NCBI RefSeq assembly: GCF_021869535.1
Contig: NW_026262745.1
Coordinates: 58,528,001-58,592,000 of the forward strand
Length of the DNA stretch: 64,000 nucleotides
Direction of reading: 5' to 3'
Source of the DNA: Mytilus californianus
Taxonomy: Eukaryota
Shown here: piece by piece, positions 12,950 through 25,600 of the stretch
Position numbering within the stretch: the first letter of the stretch is position 1
How the letters are laid out: every line of letters starts with the position of its first letter
Made by a program: the position numbers and the translations under genes
The notes under the pieces: model-generated
What the model saw: the letters and a program-made list of their open reading frames with translations, nothing else
Database searches by the model: none
What the model was told of the DNA's origin: nothing

Positions 12950-12966
12950 AGTCCACAGTGGTAAGT
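12950..12966 (+). promoter_or_regulatory. Putative 5'-UTR exon splice donor of the Met-rich gene
   Basis: Consensus GTG|GTAAGT at 12960/12961. The ORF at 14288 is preceded by an acceptor TTTATTTCAG|AAATCATG (about 14273-14282), which implies an upstream non-coding exon. Pairing this donor with that acceptor is inferred. Confidence 0.4.
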
Positions 12967-14287
12967 TGAAAAAACATTTAGTTAGTAATTTTGTTTTTAT
13001 ATATATTAGAACGTTGAAAAGTCTATGCATGTTTGACGAATATATAAGGTATAAGGTTTAATCGTCACTATATAACAACATAAACAAATATCAAATCATA
13101 TTGTTTAAAATTAATTACTTAACTAACTGTATACTAGGCATAAACAAGATACAATATGGTGTACATTATCGGAAAATTTTATATTTTTTTTTAGAGCTTT
13201 CGAAACAGGACAAAACGCGAGGTCCTCCTACTTCGTAACGAGTTCAATTTAGATTTAGATTAGAGTTAAATTTCATATTTCCGGCAATGAACATATACAT
13301 ACAATATTAGTTCAATCATGGTCAGAAAAATATCATCTTTTTGTATGAGGCTTAGAAACTGGGGAAGGGCGAGGTTTACAGAGACCTTCAACACTTTTGT
13401 GCCAAAAATTGTTTTAATGCTGCAGCTGAAAGTTGCTACAATTGTATTTATGAAATTGTAAATACAAAAACAGACCTAATTTTCCATCCTTAAACGAACC
13501 CCAGATTGTGAAGAAAAGTGTCATGACATGAAATCGACATTGCACAAAATATCTCTTCGCTACTATCTTTGATAAAGACAACAGGAAGTGTTTGAGCTGC
13601 AGTATAATTTGACTTTATCCTACAATTTACTAAAACGTATAAAGCTATTCTTGTATTCATTTTATTTTTGATGATCCCAATTGCCCAAAGTCATAATATA
13701 TACTTACTGTCCCAGGTTAGGGGAGGGTTGAGCGCTCACAAACATGTTTAACCCGCCACATTCTGTATGTGCCTGTTCCAAGTAAGGAGCATGTAGTTCA
13801 GTGGTTGTCGTTGATTCATGTCTGTCATATTTGTTTTGCGTAAACTGTTTTGTTACAAATTAGGCCGTTATCTTTCTCAATTGAATTGTTTCATATTTTT
13901 CATGTCGGGGACTTTTATAGCCGACTATACGGTGAGGGTTTTTCTCATTGTTGAAGGCCGTACGGTTACCTATAATTGCATTGCTTAAATCCACTTCATT
14001 TGAACTTTGGTAGATAGTTGTCTCATTGGCAATCATACCAAATCTCCTTGTTTTTTGTATCCATTTTATCCATGCATAGGGAAATGTTCTGGATTTAAAC
14101 GATGCTTAACAAAACAAAATCTAGATATTAACGTTGTTTATAACCAAAAATATCTTTAAAACGTGTTAGGATATATTGTCAAAAAAAATAATGGTACACA
14201 GGGAAGCAGGAAATAGAAGTATGTTTTGTTTGGCCTAATCTGAATTAAAGCACTTATCACTCAATCTGTTGATTTATTTCAGAAATC

Positions 14288-15130
14288 ATGATGAAGATTG
14301 TTCTTTTCGGTCTTTTGGCTGTCGGAGCCATGGCTCAATTTCCTGGATTAATGGGAGGATTTGGAGGTCTTCCAAGTGGTGCCATGGACATGCTTAAAAA
14401 CCTCAAACCAGACGACATAAAAAACGCCATCAAACACATGTCTCCAGAAATGAGAGACATGGCTAAAAGTATGGGAATCACCGAAGACCAGATAAAGAAA
14501 GCCGTCAACAACATGCCAGAAGATTTCGACATGTCTTCCATGGTTTCCGGTCTGTCCGATAAGATGAAAGACAACAAGGATTCAATGAAGAACATGATGA
14601 TGAAAGAAATGGACGAAATGAAAGAACAGATGAAGGAGGAATCTGTAGCAGATTTCAAAAATCAGATGGACAACTTGGGATTTGATTTGAGTCAAGGTCC
14701 TTCTGGGTTCAGAGGTCAAATTTTGCCCAAAATTACAGAAATGATGGGAGAAAATCTTAGATACGAAGGTATTGATACAAATGATCATGAAGCTCTCCGT
14801 AAAAGCGTCCATGTTGAGATCCGAATGATGATTGGTGCTAAAAGCGACGCCCCTAACGACGAAGTCAGAAGAATGCTCAAAGAAAAAATCATGGAAGAAA
14901 TGAAAGAAGAAGGAGTTGAATTCGATAAGGAAAAGGCACAGGGTGAATTCAAGAAAGCAATGATGGGACAGTTGAAAGATATGGGAATGGACGCCAAAGA
15001 CGATATTGACCCAAGCTCATTGAAAGACATGTTGAGAACCGCCATGAAATCCGGTAAATTTGGAAATTCTCAAGGTATGATGCAGCAGTTCCTCCCAATG
15101 ATGAACCTGGACATCAAAATTGATGCTTGA
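14288..15130 (+). CDS. Secreted methionine-rich, cysteine-free protein of unknown family (280 aa)
   Basis: 843-nt ORF that is clearly GC-richer than its flanks, starting at ATG in the context AAATCATGATG. Signal-peptide-like N-terminus MMKIVLFGLLAVGAMA|QF. About 39 Met by hand count, no Cys or Trp. AATAAA downstream at 15252. Confidence 0.88.
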   Translation: MMKIVLFGLLAVGAMAQFPGLMGGFGGLPSGAMDMLKNLKPDDIKNAIKHMSPEMRDMAKSMGITEDQIKKAVNNMPEDFDMSSMVSGLSDKMKDNKDSMKNMMMKEMDEMKEQMKEESVADFKNQMDNLGFDLSQGPSGFRGQILPKITEMMGENLRYEGIDTNDHEALRKSVHVEIRMMIGAKSDAPNDEVRRMLKEKIMEEMKEEGVEFDKEKAQGEFKKAMMGQLKDMGMDAKDDIDPSSLKDMLRTAMKSGKFGNSQGMMQQFLPMMNLDIKIDA

Positions 15131-15251
15131 ACAGTTTAATTGTTATTATCAATGATATTTCAAAATAGTAAATTGTATAATAGAATACAAGTACTTGTTA
15201 CTGTCAGTGTCTTTTTGCATTAAATTAACGATTTAATGACCAGTGACAAAA

Positions 15252-15257
15252 AATAAA
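15252..15257 (+). terminator. Polyadenylation signal of the Met-rich gene
   Basis: AATAAA 122 nt after the stop codon. Confidence 0.5.
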
Positions 15258-16246
15258 GTTATCAAAAGACATAACTCATTATCCGTATATGCCAACTTGA
15301 TCACATTCCTGAAAATAAATCAATAGCAATCAATATTCTAAGTATATTGATTGATTGTTGGTTTCTTAGCGTCTAGCGACAAATATTTCATGCATATTCA
15401 GGACGAGAACAAATAAACAACAAATACAATAGGTAGGTCCTGTAATATAGGCCGTCCGCGATAAAGGTCGGGGAAATTTGGACTGCCACTTGAAAATAAG
15501 GGTAAATTGTATATCCCCAATATCAAACCATAGACAATTGAAAAATAACTTAAAATTGATGGATGGATGGATAAACGGGCGGGTGGTGAATGTTTAATAT
15601 TTGGGGGATAAAGTCATCCGTTATTAAATCCTAAGAAACTGACTTCACGGCATGTGTGCCGAAATGATCATCAATAACACTTGGGTAAAAACCAAACTTG
15701 TTTCAAGGTTTTGAATATAATGTTCACCACTTTAGGAAACAAACTGGGTAACTCTTGAGAATTTGTAAACATGCAATGACATTTTGGACACACAATCTAA
15801 AGATAATATTGCCTTTAAGCATGTTTATTAATGTTCCCACTGTCGAGATAATGTTGTGTACCTAGAGTAATATGATATAACCTTGGCATTTTAACATGTA
15901 ACTGAAATCCATGCTTTCAATCTGCGAATATAGCTTAAAAGTAGTACTTCCGGTTCTGTTTTTTTTTTTCTATAATATATAGGGTTTGATTATCTTCAAT
16001 ATACCAAAATATTTAAAAAAAATTTAGAATACGTGTAGTATGGTAGAAGATGTGTCAAATAGGATATAATCAATAGTTAAAAATATCTCATTAGAATTTA
16101 AAAAAAAACCTAAACATTCTATCATTCAGCTCTCTTTGGAAATATAAGATATACAAGTAAACTATATTAAGACGGAGAAATCCAAGTTTCACCAATATAA
16201 TTACTCATAGCTAGGGGTATTGTAATTGTAAAATTCAATTGTTTAA

Positions 16247-18868
16247 AGGGCATACGATACAGTTTTGATTCCACGGTGAATTTTTGACGAAAACTTGCAT
16301 ACAAGCTAATTTTCACCTATAGTTAACTCAAATATGTAAAAAAAAATATACCTTCATATGCTACTTTTAGAGATAAATTGGGTCGAAATTTAAGATATTT
16401 ACTGGAAATTTCGATTTCTTGGACATTTCTATCGTTTAGAAAGACATACCGAACTTTTTTGTTTCAGAATATAAATGCAAGCGGATTTTTGTAACAACAT
16501 TCGGAATATCTTCTCTACATAAGTGTGCTTAGAATTTGTATAACAATGCTTTGGAAATAATTCGTTTTTATGACATTTTCATAACTTTAGTAAAAACACG
16601 GCATTTTTTTCCTGTATATTTATCTAATTTAAAAAAAAAACCCATCGGTGAATTGTACGGAAGCATATTAGCGCCACACAACTTTTTTTTTTATATTTCT
16701 TCCTACGTTTGCGTTATAACGCAAACCTTTGCAAAATAACGCAAACCTTTTGAGTTATAACGCAAACATTTGCGAAATAACGCAAACCTTTGCGTTATAA
16801 CGCAAACCTTTGCGATATAACGCAAACCTTTGCGTTATAACGCAAACGTTTGCGTTATAACGCAAAACGTTTGCGTTATAACGCAAACCTTTTGCGTTAT
16901 ATAACGCAAACCTTTTGCGTTATAACGCAAACCTTTGCGAAATAACGCAAACCTTTGCGAAATAACGCAAACCTTTGCGAAATAACGCAAACCTTTGCGT
17001 TATACCGCAAACCTTTGCGAAATAACGCAAACTTTTGCGATATAACGCAAACATTTGCGAAATAACGCAAACCTTTGCGTTACAACGCAAACCTTTGCGA
17101 TATAACGCAAACATTTGTTTTATCTTATTTCTTATCTAAGATTCAAAAGAAGCAGCAGTTATTAATGGAGGAGGCTGCATATATTAAAATTTATCTTCTT
17201 TGTACTCATTGCAAAGTAAAATGCTTTACTATTTAACTAATAATGAGCAGGATAATAGATATAAGAAGATGTGGTATGAGTGCCGATGAGAAAACTCTCC
17301 ATCTAAGTCATAATTGGTAAAAGTAAACCATTGTAGGTCAAAGTACGGTCTTCAACACGAAGCATTGGCTCACACCGGACATCAAGCTATAAAGTACGTG
17401 CCCCTAAAATGATATATATGATAATACATGTACATATATTACAATGAAAATTGAGTAAATTAAAGTTATACCGAAGAAAAAAAAAACCTGCTTATATAGC
17501 TATAGCCGAATATAGATATTCTTCCAAAGTAAGCTCTCGTTTGAGGATTGTGTAAGTTGGTTAACTACCCTTTTGCAATAAATGAATAAAATAAAGATAT
17601 TTTATTAATAAAATTATGTTCTCTCCATTTAAATTGCTACCAAGTTACCACACTAGATTGAAAATTTCATGACTTTTTATCAAAGAATCTTTATCATATT
17701 CTGAGATATTAAAAAACGATTTCTTACATCAAAACTTAAAAAAAAAATTCTTTCTTAATAATTCATTTTACAACAGAAAGATCATTTTGTCTATTTGACT
17801 TGACAGTTTTACAATTGTATGACATTATTTTTGCTCTTATCTACTTAATCAAAATTTTAAAAATGTTGGCCTTTCAAATAAAATATGCCTATAATATATC
17901 TATTTTCTTGTTAAATTATATACTTCTCTGATTCCTATGCATATTTATTATAATGACTTTGCCTTGTATTTATGGTTCTTTTCCTAACTAAATCACAACA
18001 GAAATTTAATGACAAACGAACATATATATAAAACATAATGAATAATTGAAATCAAGATGTTTGCGTTATATCGCAAATGTTTGCGTTATAATTCAAATAT
18101 TTGCGTTATTTCGCAAAGGTTTGCGTTATATCGCAAAGGTTTGCGTTATAACGCAAAGGTTTGCGTTATTTCGCAAAGGTTTGCGTTATATCGCAAAGAT
18201 TGGAAGAAAATTATAAAAAAAAAATTGTGTGGCGCTAATACGTACAGAAGCGTATTAGCGCCACACGTTTTTTTTTTATATTTCTTCCTATGTTTGCGTT
18301 AAAACGCAAACCTTTGCGTTATAACGCAAACCTTTGCGAAATAACGCAAACCTTTTGCGTTATAACGCAAACCTTTGCGAAATAACGCAAACCTTTGCGT
18401 TATAACTAAATCACAACAGAAATTTAATGACAAACGAACATATATATAAAACATAATGAATAATTGAAATCAAGATGTTTGCGTTATATCGCAAATGTTT
18501 GCGTTATAATTCAAATATTTGCGTTATTTCGCAAAGGTTTGCGTTATTTCGCAAAGGTTTGCGTAATAACGCAAACATAGGAAGAAATATAAAAAAAAAA
18601 AACGTGTGGCGCTAATACGCTTCCGTAAATACGCTTCCGTAGAATTGTTCATAAAAATTGGCACAAATAATCTTCATACATAATCAAGTCAAATGTCATT
18701 TTTAAAAAGAGGGGTCCATGAACTCGTTTTCAAGTTAAATTAGAATGAATGATAAAAAAAATCGGTCGAAAAATGCATCTTATGCATCTTTTCCCGATAT
18801 GTCACAGTTTGACGTCGTAAAAAATAATATTTTACGTTAGCGACTTCATTATCTCCACTGTAACTCCC
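16247..18868. mobile_element. TTAA-flanked non-autonomous element hosting the IS3EU-like insertion
   Basis: Segments 16247-16655 and 18642-18868 join into one element homologous to an uninterrupted inverted copy at about 55500-56062. TTAA is present at both ends (16243-16246, 18869-18872), and the GGG-type termini are imperfect. Confidence 0.6.
16656..18641. mobile_element. IS3EU-like non-autonomous DNA transposon (head-to-tail dimer) with 18-bp palindromic tandem arrays
   Basis: Termini TACGGAAGC(A/G)TATTAGCGCCACAC and GTGTGGCGCTAATACGCTTCCGTA, with a 6-bp TSD GAATTG (16650-16655 and 18642-18647). Arrays of (A)TAACGCAAACCTTTGCG(AA/TT) run inward from each end. An internal right-end/left-end junction lies at about 18228-18266. 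Confidence 0.8.
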
Positions 18869-19574
18869 TTAATAATCTAAAGACAGTAAAAAATGCTGGC
18901 TTTGAGGTGTTTTACATTTTTTATTATTATTCATCATCAAGGCTATGGGGAGGGATATAATATAAAAAAAACATAATACCGGTTTTAGTCATTTTATGTT
19001 TTGCTGGATTGCTGTCGCAGGTCTAAGTGGTTTGTATTCCTTCTCGATCTATATATATGCGTATTTAGTCAACTTTAGCTGAGAGTGCCTGAAGCGATAG
19101 TATTTTTTCTTAAATTTCTGTCAGTTTTAAATGCCGACAAAAATGATTCCATTTTTTTTTTATAATAATTAAGAGACTATAACTTTAAAGTTTGGTATTG
19201 CTTGAAATCTAAATTTTTATTGAATAGTTTTAGTAAATAGGACTGACTTGATTGAGATCGATATTTTATTTCGGTTTCCATTTTGCCCTGATTGGCCCTA
19301 TATTTTTCGTTTATATGGACTAGACTTCTAATATTTTGCAGCAGATTTTATACAGTATATGCAACCAAACCAGTTTCCTGCACACAAAAAAAAATCTACC
19401 CAACAAACTTTAAACCATGGCTAGCTTATCATATTACTTTACAATGTTTACAAAAACAAATTGAGGAGTACAACATCAATATCTAAACAACAATTACACA
19501 TTCACTCATTCATAAATTTGGAAATTATCATTTATTAAATATTATTAATCTGATGTCTCATAACAATGCGTGAC

Positions 19575-19607
19575 TATATATTTGTCAAAAGTCACGGACA
19601 GTCAGTA
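19575..19607 (+). promoter_or_regulatory. Putative core promoter of FAS1 gene A (TATA + Inr)
   Basis: TATATA at 19575-19580 lies 29 nt upstream of the A in an Inr-like TCAGT (A at 19604), which is 71 nt before the ATG at 19675. Confidence 0.45.
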
Positions 19608-19674
19608 AAATAGACCAACCTTATCTATTCAATGTCGTCTTAACTACCGAATTTTAGTTAGTGCTCTCACATTT

Positions 19675-22600
19675 ATGAACGTCACCATGAGGTCTTTGTA
19701 TGTGTGTGCCGTGTTTTTGTCTTCTTTATCGTGCTCATTTGGAGCAACTATTTTAGAATATTTACAGAGCAAACCAGCCAATTTTACATATGCCGTCCAA
19801 GCTATTAAAATTGCAAATTTGACGAATGAACTTCAATCAGGAGGTATGGTTATAATTTATATAATTTTATGTTTTTCTTAATATTCTTTAACTTGGTACA
19901 CGTTTATCTTGATAATTAGTATGCGCTGCCTGCCTTATTAAACGAGCATTATGTTTTCTGGTCTGTGCGTCCGTCCGTCCGTTAGTCAGACGGTATTAGG
20001 TTTGAGTTTTTTTGTTTATGGTAGTTTATCATGAAGTTGTGGTCACACTTGGTACACATGTACACATGTTCATGTACACATGTTCAATTTAATGTGATTT
20101 TTTTTAATCATATATAAAAGTAAGATGCGGTATGATTGCCAATGAGACAACTCTCCACGAGAGACCAAATTACATAGAAGTTAACAACAAAAGGCCCCCG
20201 TACGGCCTTCAACAATGAGTTAAATTCATATATGCCAACTTTTGGTCTTGACCCCGCTCCCGTGGTTCACTAAACATAGAAATGTAATGATCTGAAATTC
20301 TCAGGTAAAATTTTTGGTTAAGGTAGTTTGAAACCTAGTACACGTGTTCATTGCTATGTAAACTATGTATGCCTTATAGTTGTGACCCCGACTTCACGGT
20401 TCACTGAACATGGACGTATGATAGTTCGAACAGGGCATGATGTCCAATTGACATACATTCTTGTTACAGGCTTGTAATAGCACTCGCAAACATGTTCAAC
20501 ACCTCTACAATCGTTTTGTGTCTGTCCCAAGTGAAAAGCGTGTAATTCAGTGGTTGTTGTAGGTTGCTTTCGGTCATGACTTTCCTCGTTTATTGATTTT
20601 AGCTTTACACATGTCGATGTGTTCTCTTGTTACTTTATTGTCATCCCGGCAGGTAGCTTTTACAGCTTACTTTACAGTACGGTTTTGCTCATTGCTGAAG
20701 GCCATACGATGACCTGCTATTGTTTACATTCTTGTCCTTTGGTCCTTGGTTAGTTGTCTCACTGGCAACAATACCGTATCGTCTTATTTGTATATTAAAG
20801 GTTGACTCCTATTTTATAAATGGACATCAAAGTGGCTGTTGTGCATCAAGAGATAACGCTGGTTTAGATGGCATTTAGTTTTATTACCTTGTGAATCAAG
20901 TCATCTTAGAGATAAATCTGTTTTAGAGGATATTTTGTATATAACCAATTAGTACTGCTCATTTCCATTGTATTTATACATTTTAAACCACACCACCATC
21001 TTTTATATCTCTTTTAGTCTTTTGTCGGTTTTCTTCTGGCATGACCATTCTTTGTCCTGTATAAGAGTCTGGATAGGGGTAATCATTTCTTTGTTATGGT
21101 TACCGTAGTTTTTCTCATTTCTTTATTTGATTTTGCACAATATTCTCTATTCTTAATATTTAGCACCTCCTTATTTTCTATTCTTTTTTTTTATTTGCCT
21201 ATTTTCTCTTTTTCTATATTTTTTAGCCAAATTTACTTTAGTTTTGGTTCATTATTCTCAATTCGGTAAACCCCATTCGGACCATCTTGGATATAGGGGT
21301 AGAAGATGTTTAAAGAGCAATAAAAACCATAGATAAGTTGGTGAAAATAGACAACATTGTCAAAAGAAAAAAGACTACAAGACAAACAGTTAAAAAAGCA
21401 CTACACAAAAACTACTGATTGAGCAAAAAGTAAAATAACAAAAATTAATACCGAACTCCAAGGAAAATTCAAACCGGAAAGTCCCTTATCAAATGGCAAA
21501 AACAAAAGCCCAAACCCATCAAACGTATGGAAAACAACTGTCATATTCCTGACTTGGTACGGGCATTTCCTTATGTATAAAATGGTGGATTAAACCTGGT
21601 TTTATAGCTAGCTAAACCTCCTACTTGATTGACAGTCGTATATAATTCCATTATATTGACAACAATGTGTGATCAAAACAAGCAAACCCAACCAAACACA
21701 TGGTATGCAATCAGGTTCTCCTGTTGAAGGGTAAACAGTTTCTGCTCCGTTAGTGGTACACTTCGTGTTGCTCATGGCAGGTAAAATTACGTTATTATGT
21801 TGCATTCGGTGATGTAACTATCCAGGAGAAGAGGACAGGATTGTAGTTTTGACAAATGAACCATATCCGTGTATGATAATACTAAAATTAACAAAAAAAA
21901 AAGCCTTTTCTCTTTGTTCTTCGTCTCCAACCAGGATCGTCCTGAACATGCATGAAATATTTGACACTGGAACTACCAATCCATCAATCTCCAGATAGGA
22001 AAATCAATTCATGTTTTTGAGACAGAGTTAACTAGTTAGCTTCGCGATTGTACATGTGTATTTTGTTGAAAGGTTATCCTACTAAGAACTTTGTTCTATT
22101 CTACCAATTTTCCATACAGTTTTGCAATTTTGTATAAAACTTTCTATAAAGTTACTTAAGTAATTTGTCGGCGTAAAAGGCAGCTCCTTTGCAGAAATGG
22201 CTTGCGTCTCCCCTTTTTCAGTTAGTGGCATAAAAAAACCCGATAGACCCGTATTAATGACAATGCTGTTATAAATAAGCAAAATTATGATAAAGTGTAT
22301 TTATGTCTGTTATTAAATCTAATTTGTCATGTCATGACACTGTTCAATGGTTTTCCAATTTGATTCCATTTTGCTCACAAGTAATTAAAACTATTTTGAT
22401 ATTTTGATAGATAAAATTATCAATATCATTAATTTATAAAGTTTAATCTATAATGATGTATATATTCAATGTACAGGACCATTTACGGCATTTATACCAA
22501 CTGATGCTGCCTTCCAGAAAATTCCAGCACCAATTTTACAACAACTTTTAAATGATCAAACTGCAATCAGAAGTTTGTTGCTTAAACATGTGACAAATGG

Positions 22601-25600
22601 AGCACTCATTTCACCATTCATCAAAAGCGGAGACAAAGAAGTATCCCTTGGCGGTACTAACTTAACTTTGACCAAAAATGGCGCTGGTGTAAGTAGCTAT
22701 ATGAAAGTAAAATAAATTGAAATTGAAATTATCTAGATATCATTAAGTTTTTTTTCTATGCACCCTGAGTTCAAATTCATTCCGTTTTGCTTTTCTCGTG
22801 TCAATTATTAAATTTTTTTTTATATCTAATGTGTATATAAATTAATAGAAAACATTGATTATCCCATAGTCACTGTGATACATGAATTTAGTGTTGAAAT
22901 AAACTACATTATCCATTCTGCATGTTCATTTACCAAAATTCTCGTCAGACGTTTTCTCAAATTATCACATCTTTAGGTTTGTCCTAACTGTTTAAAAAAA
23001 ATACAATTTTTCTGCAGCTAAATCGATTTAAAGCTTGATATATGCATCTATTGATTGATGCAGACCGCGTATATTTGTTTCAAGTCGATATCTGTCTAAT
23101 CAAATGAACGCAAAAACATTTAATGTGAACAGTACATTTCTTAAAATGTAAATAAAGGTGAGATGTACACATTGACAACAATATTGGCACAGTTCCCTGC
23201 ACCAAACGTTATTTTATTTGCATACATTTAACGTTGAAGTGAGTTTCATAGCATGCCATGTTCATGCTAATCAACGATTGCTTCCAATCGATTTGTATTT
23301 ACGATCTTGTTCATGACTTACGATCAATCTTAGTCGTAAGTTTTTTTTTTCTGAAACCGACTCCTGTGCTAAAGATAATCGTAATAAGATCGTTCTTAAT
23401 GACGATGGTTAACAATGCAATTTGAACAAGTTAATCGATCACGATCGGTTCAGATCACCTTAATTATATTTTGCATTTAATTGTTCATAGCTTATTACTA
23501 TATTGCCATATTGCCGTCGGTCTTAATGAGAACCATAGAATCGATCGCGATCGATTTACAACGATTCACAATCAAATTAAATCGATATTGATTGTATGGT
23601 ATAATGGTTTATATTTTAGGCTGTATCCGTGAATGGGGTAAAAGTTATCCTTCCTGACGTCATCGTATCCAATGGTGTTGTACAAGGAATTGATTTCGTC
23701 TTCAATGTGCCCGCTGCTAGCGTCAATATGGTTGAGTATCTTTTAAAAAATCAAGACCAATTCAAAGACCTCACTGCAGCATTAACACTTGGTGGTTTAC
23801 TGTCAACACTAGAGGGTTAGTTTGTGTTAATACACAAGAGCATTCAATATGTGCGCCATGTCAAACTAATGGTTTTTTTTTCTTTGCTTGCGAGCTGTTT
23901 TTTTGTTTGTTTGTAATAAGCCTAAATTCAAGATGATTGCCTTCAGATGTATCAAGCCGCATTTTGATTGTCTAAATAAAGCACCACGAAATAATGCTAG
24001 TAAGCATCTTTAGTGACGAAAATCACTTAGGGTAGGCGCCAATAAGACAGCAACCAAAACACACTGGGTAAGGAAAGGATTAGACCTAAATTGGTCCTTA
24101 AATTTCCAACGGGTGGAATAAATGATTAATTGTATTTTCCCAAGAAAACGAAGCTTTTTAAAAAATAAAATAGTTTTGCTTTGTAACTGAGCAGGTTTTA
24201 AAGGTGATAAATGGCGATGTATTCACTAAAATTGCCAAGTTACACAAAACAATTTAACCATTTCACTCAAATATGACGGGAAATAAGGTAAATGTGTACA
24301 TCACAATCCAACACAACCCACATTTCTTAAAAAAAGAAAAGAAGATATACATGCAGGAAGTGTCAAGTTGCTTTATTATCTACTCGCTTGCAAATATTCT
24401 TGTAATATTGTACTATTAGCCGCTAGACGAAAATCATTCATCAAGCAATCAATCAAAATTCTTGCAACAAGAATCACGAAAGATATTCACATACAATGAC
24501 TTAAAATTTTAAGAAATTTCATGTTCGTGTAGCACAACGCCTCTCACACATGTGTTCCAATTTCTTTTCTAACGAAATTCATACAAAAGTAACAAGAAAA
24601 ACAATGAATTTTTTATCAGATGTTAAGTGAAAATTCATGTTTAAAAATATATTTAAGGTAGTTACTGATTACTCATATAAAAAAAATCTAATCGAAAAGC
24701 CAAGTGTTTCCTTTCAATAGGATAAGAGCCCTAGTATATCTTTAAAATCGATGTTCGAAACAGTGGCAATGTCGCTTCACTAGCGTCGCATCGCAGAGAT
24801 GACGTTACTTCTTTTTGTTTGTTTGGTTCCAAACAATCGGTTAACACTAGCGGTCTTTCTTATTTGTATATATTGTACTCGGAGAATTAAGAGCTAGACT
24901 TTTGGTATGGATGTTTGTCTATCATTGACCTTGGATGCCTGTCTATCATTGACCTTGGGTGTCTATTTTGGTCTAATGTGTTATTGATTTGTGTCACATT
25001 GACAGTTTCTCCACATCTTTTCTGATTCATATGCATTTTCTGTTGTAGGTCCAGGACCTTTCACGTTGTTTGCACCAACGGACGCAGCGTTCACAACTTT
25101 GTCAACCTCACTACAAAGTCTAGCCTCAGACATGAATCTTTTTAAAAGTAAGATATTACAGACATCTTCAAATCTCTAAATGAGAAAGTCATTGTTATGG
25201 TAGATATTTTTATAAAAGTTATATTTGCAGCTTGTTTAAATAAGTACTGTATGGACTCATGCATGTCATGTGTGAATCTTTAGTCTAAAAAAGAGATAAT
25301 TCATGGAATTATTTGGCGGCATGCTCTATAAATTCATTTTTCATGTCAAAAGTAATTTCTTCATTTTTTTGAAATTTCGACGTCTGCAGTGCATGTACAT
25401 TGTACAGTTTACAGATCTACCGAAAACGTATCGTGAACACTTAAAATAATTAAGAAGCTTACTGTAACAAAATAACGTACAAAAGTTAATACTGCCGCTT
25501 ACTGTAACAAAATAACGTACAAAAGGCAATACTGCCGCTTACCGTAACAAAACAACGTACAAAAGATAGTTCTACCGCTTACAGTAACAAAATAACGTAC

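Noticed and set aside
14335-15045. Three antisense ORFs (14335-14658, 14582-14812, 14785-15045)
   Set aside because: They are shadow ORFs of the Met/Lys/Glu-rich sense CDS, with low-complexity S/F/I translations and no gene signals.
16920-18302. Repetitive ORFs (FALYRKGLRY..)
   Set aside because: They are translations of the 18-bp transposon arrays, not genes.
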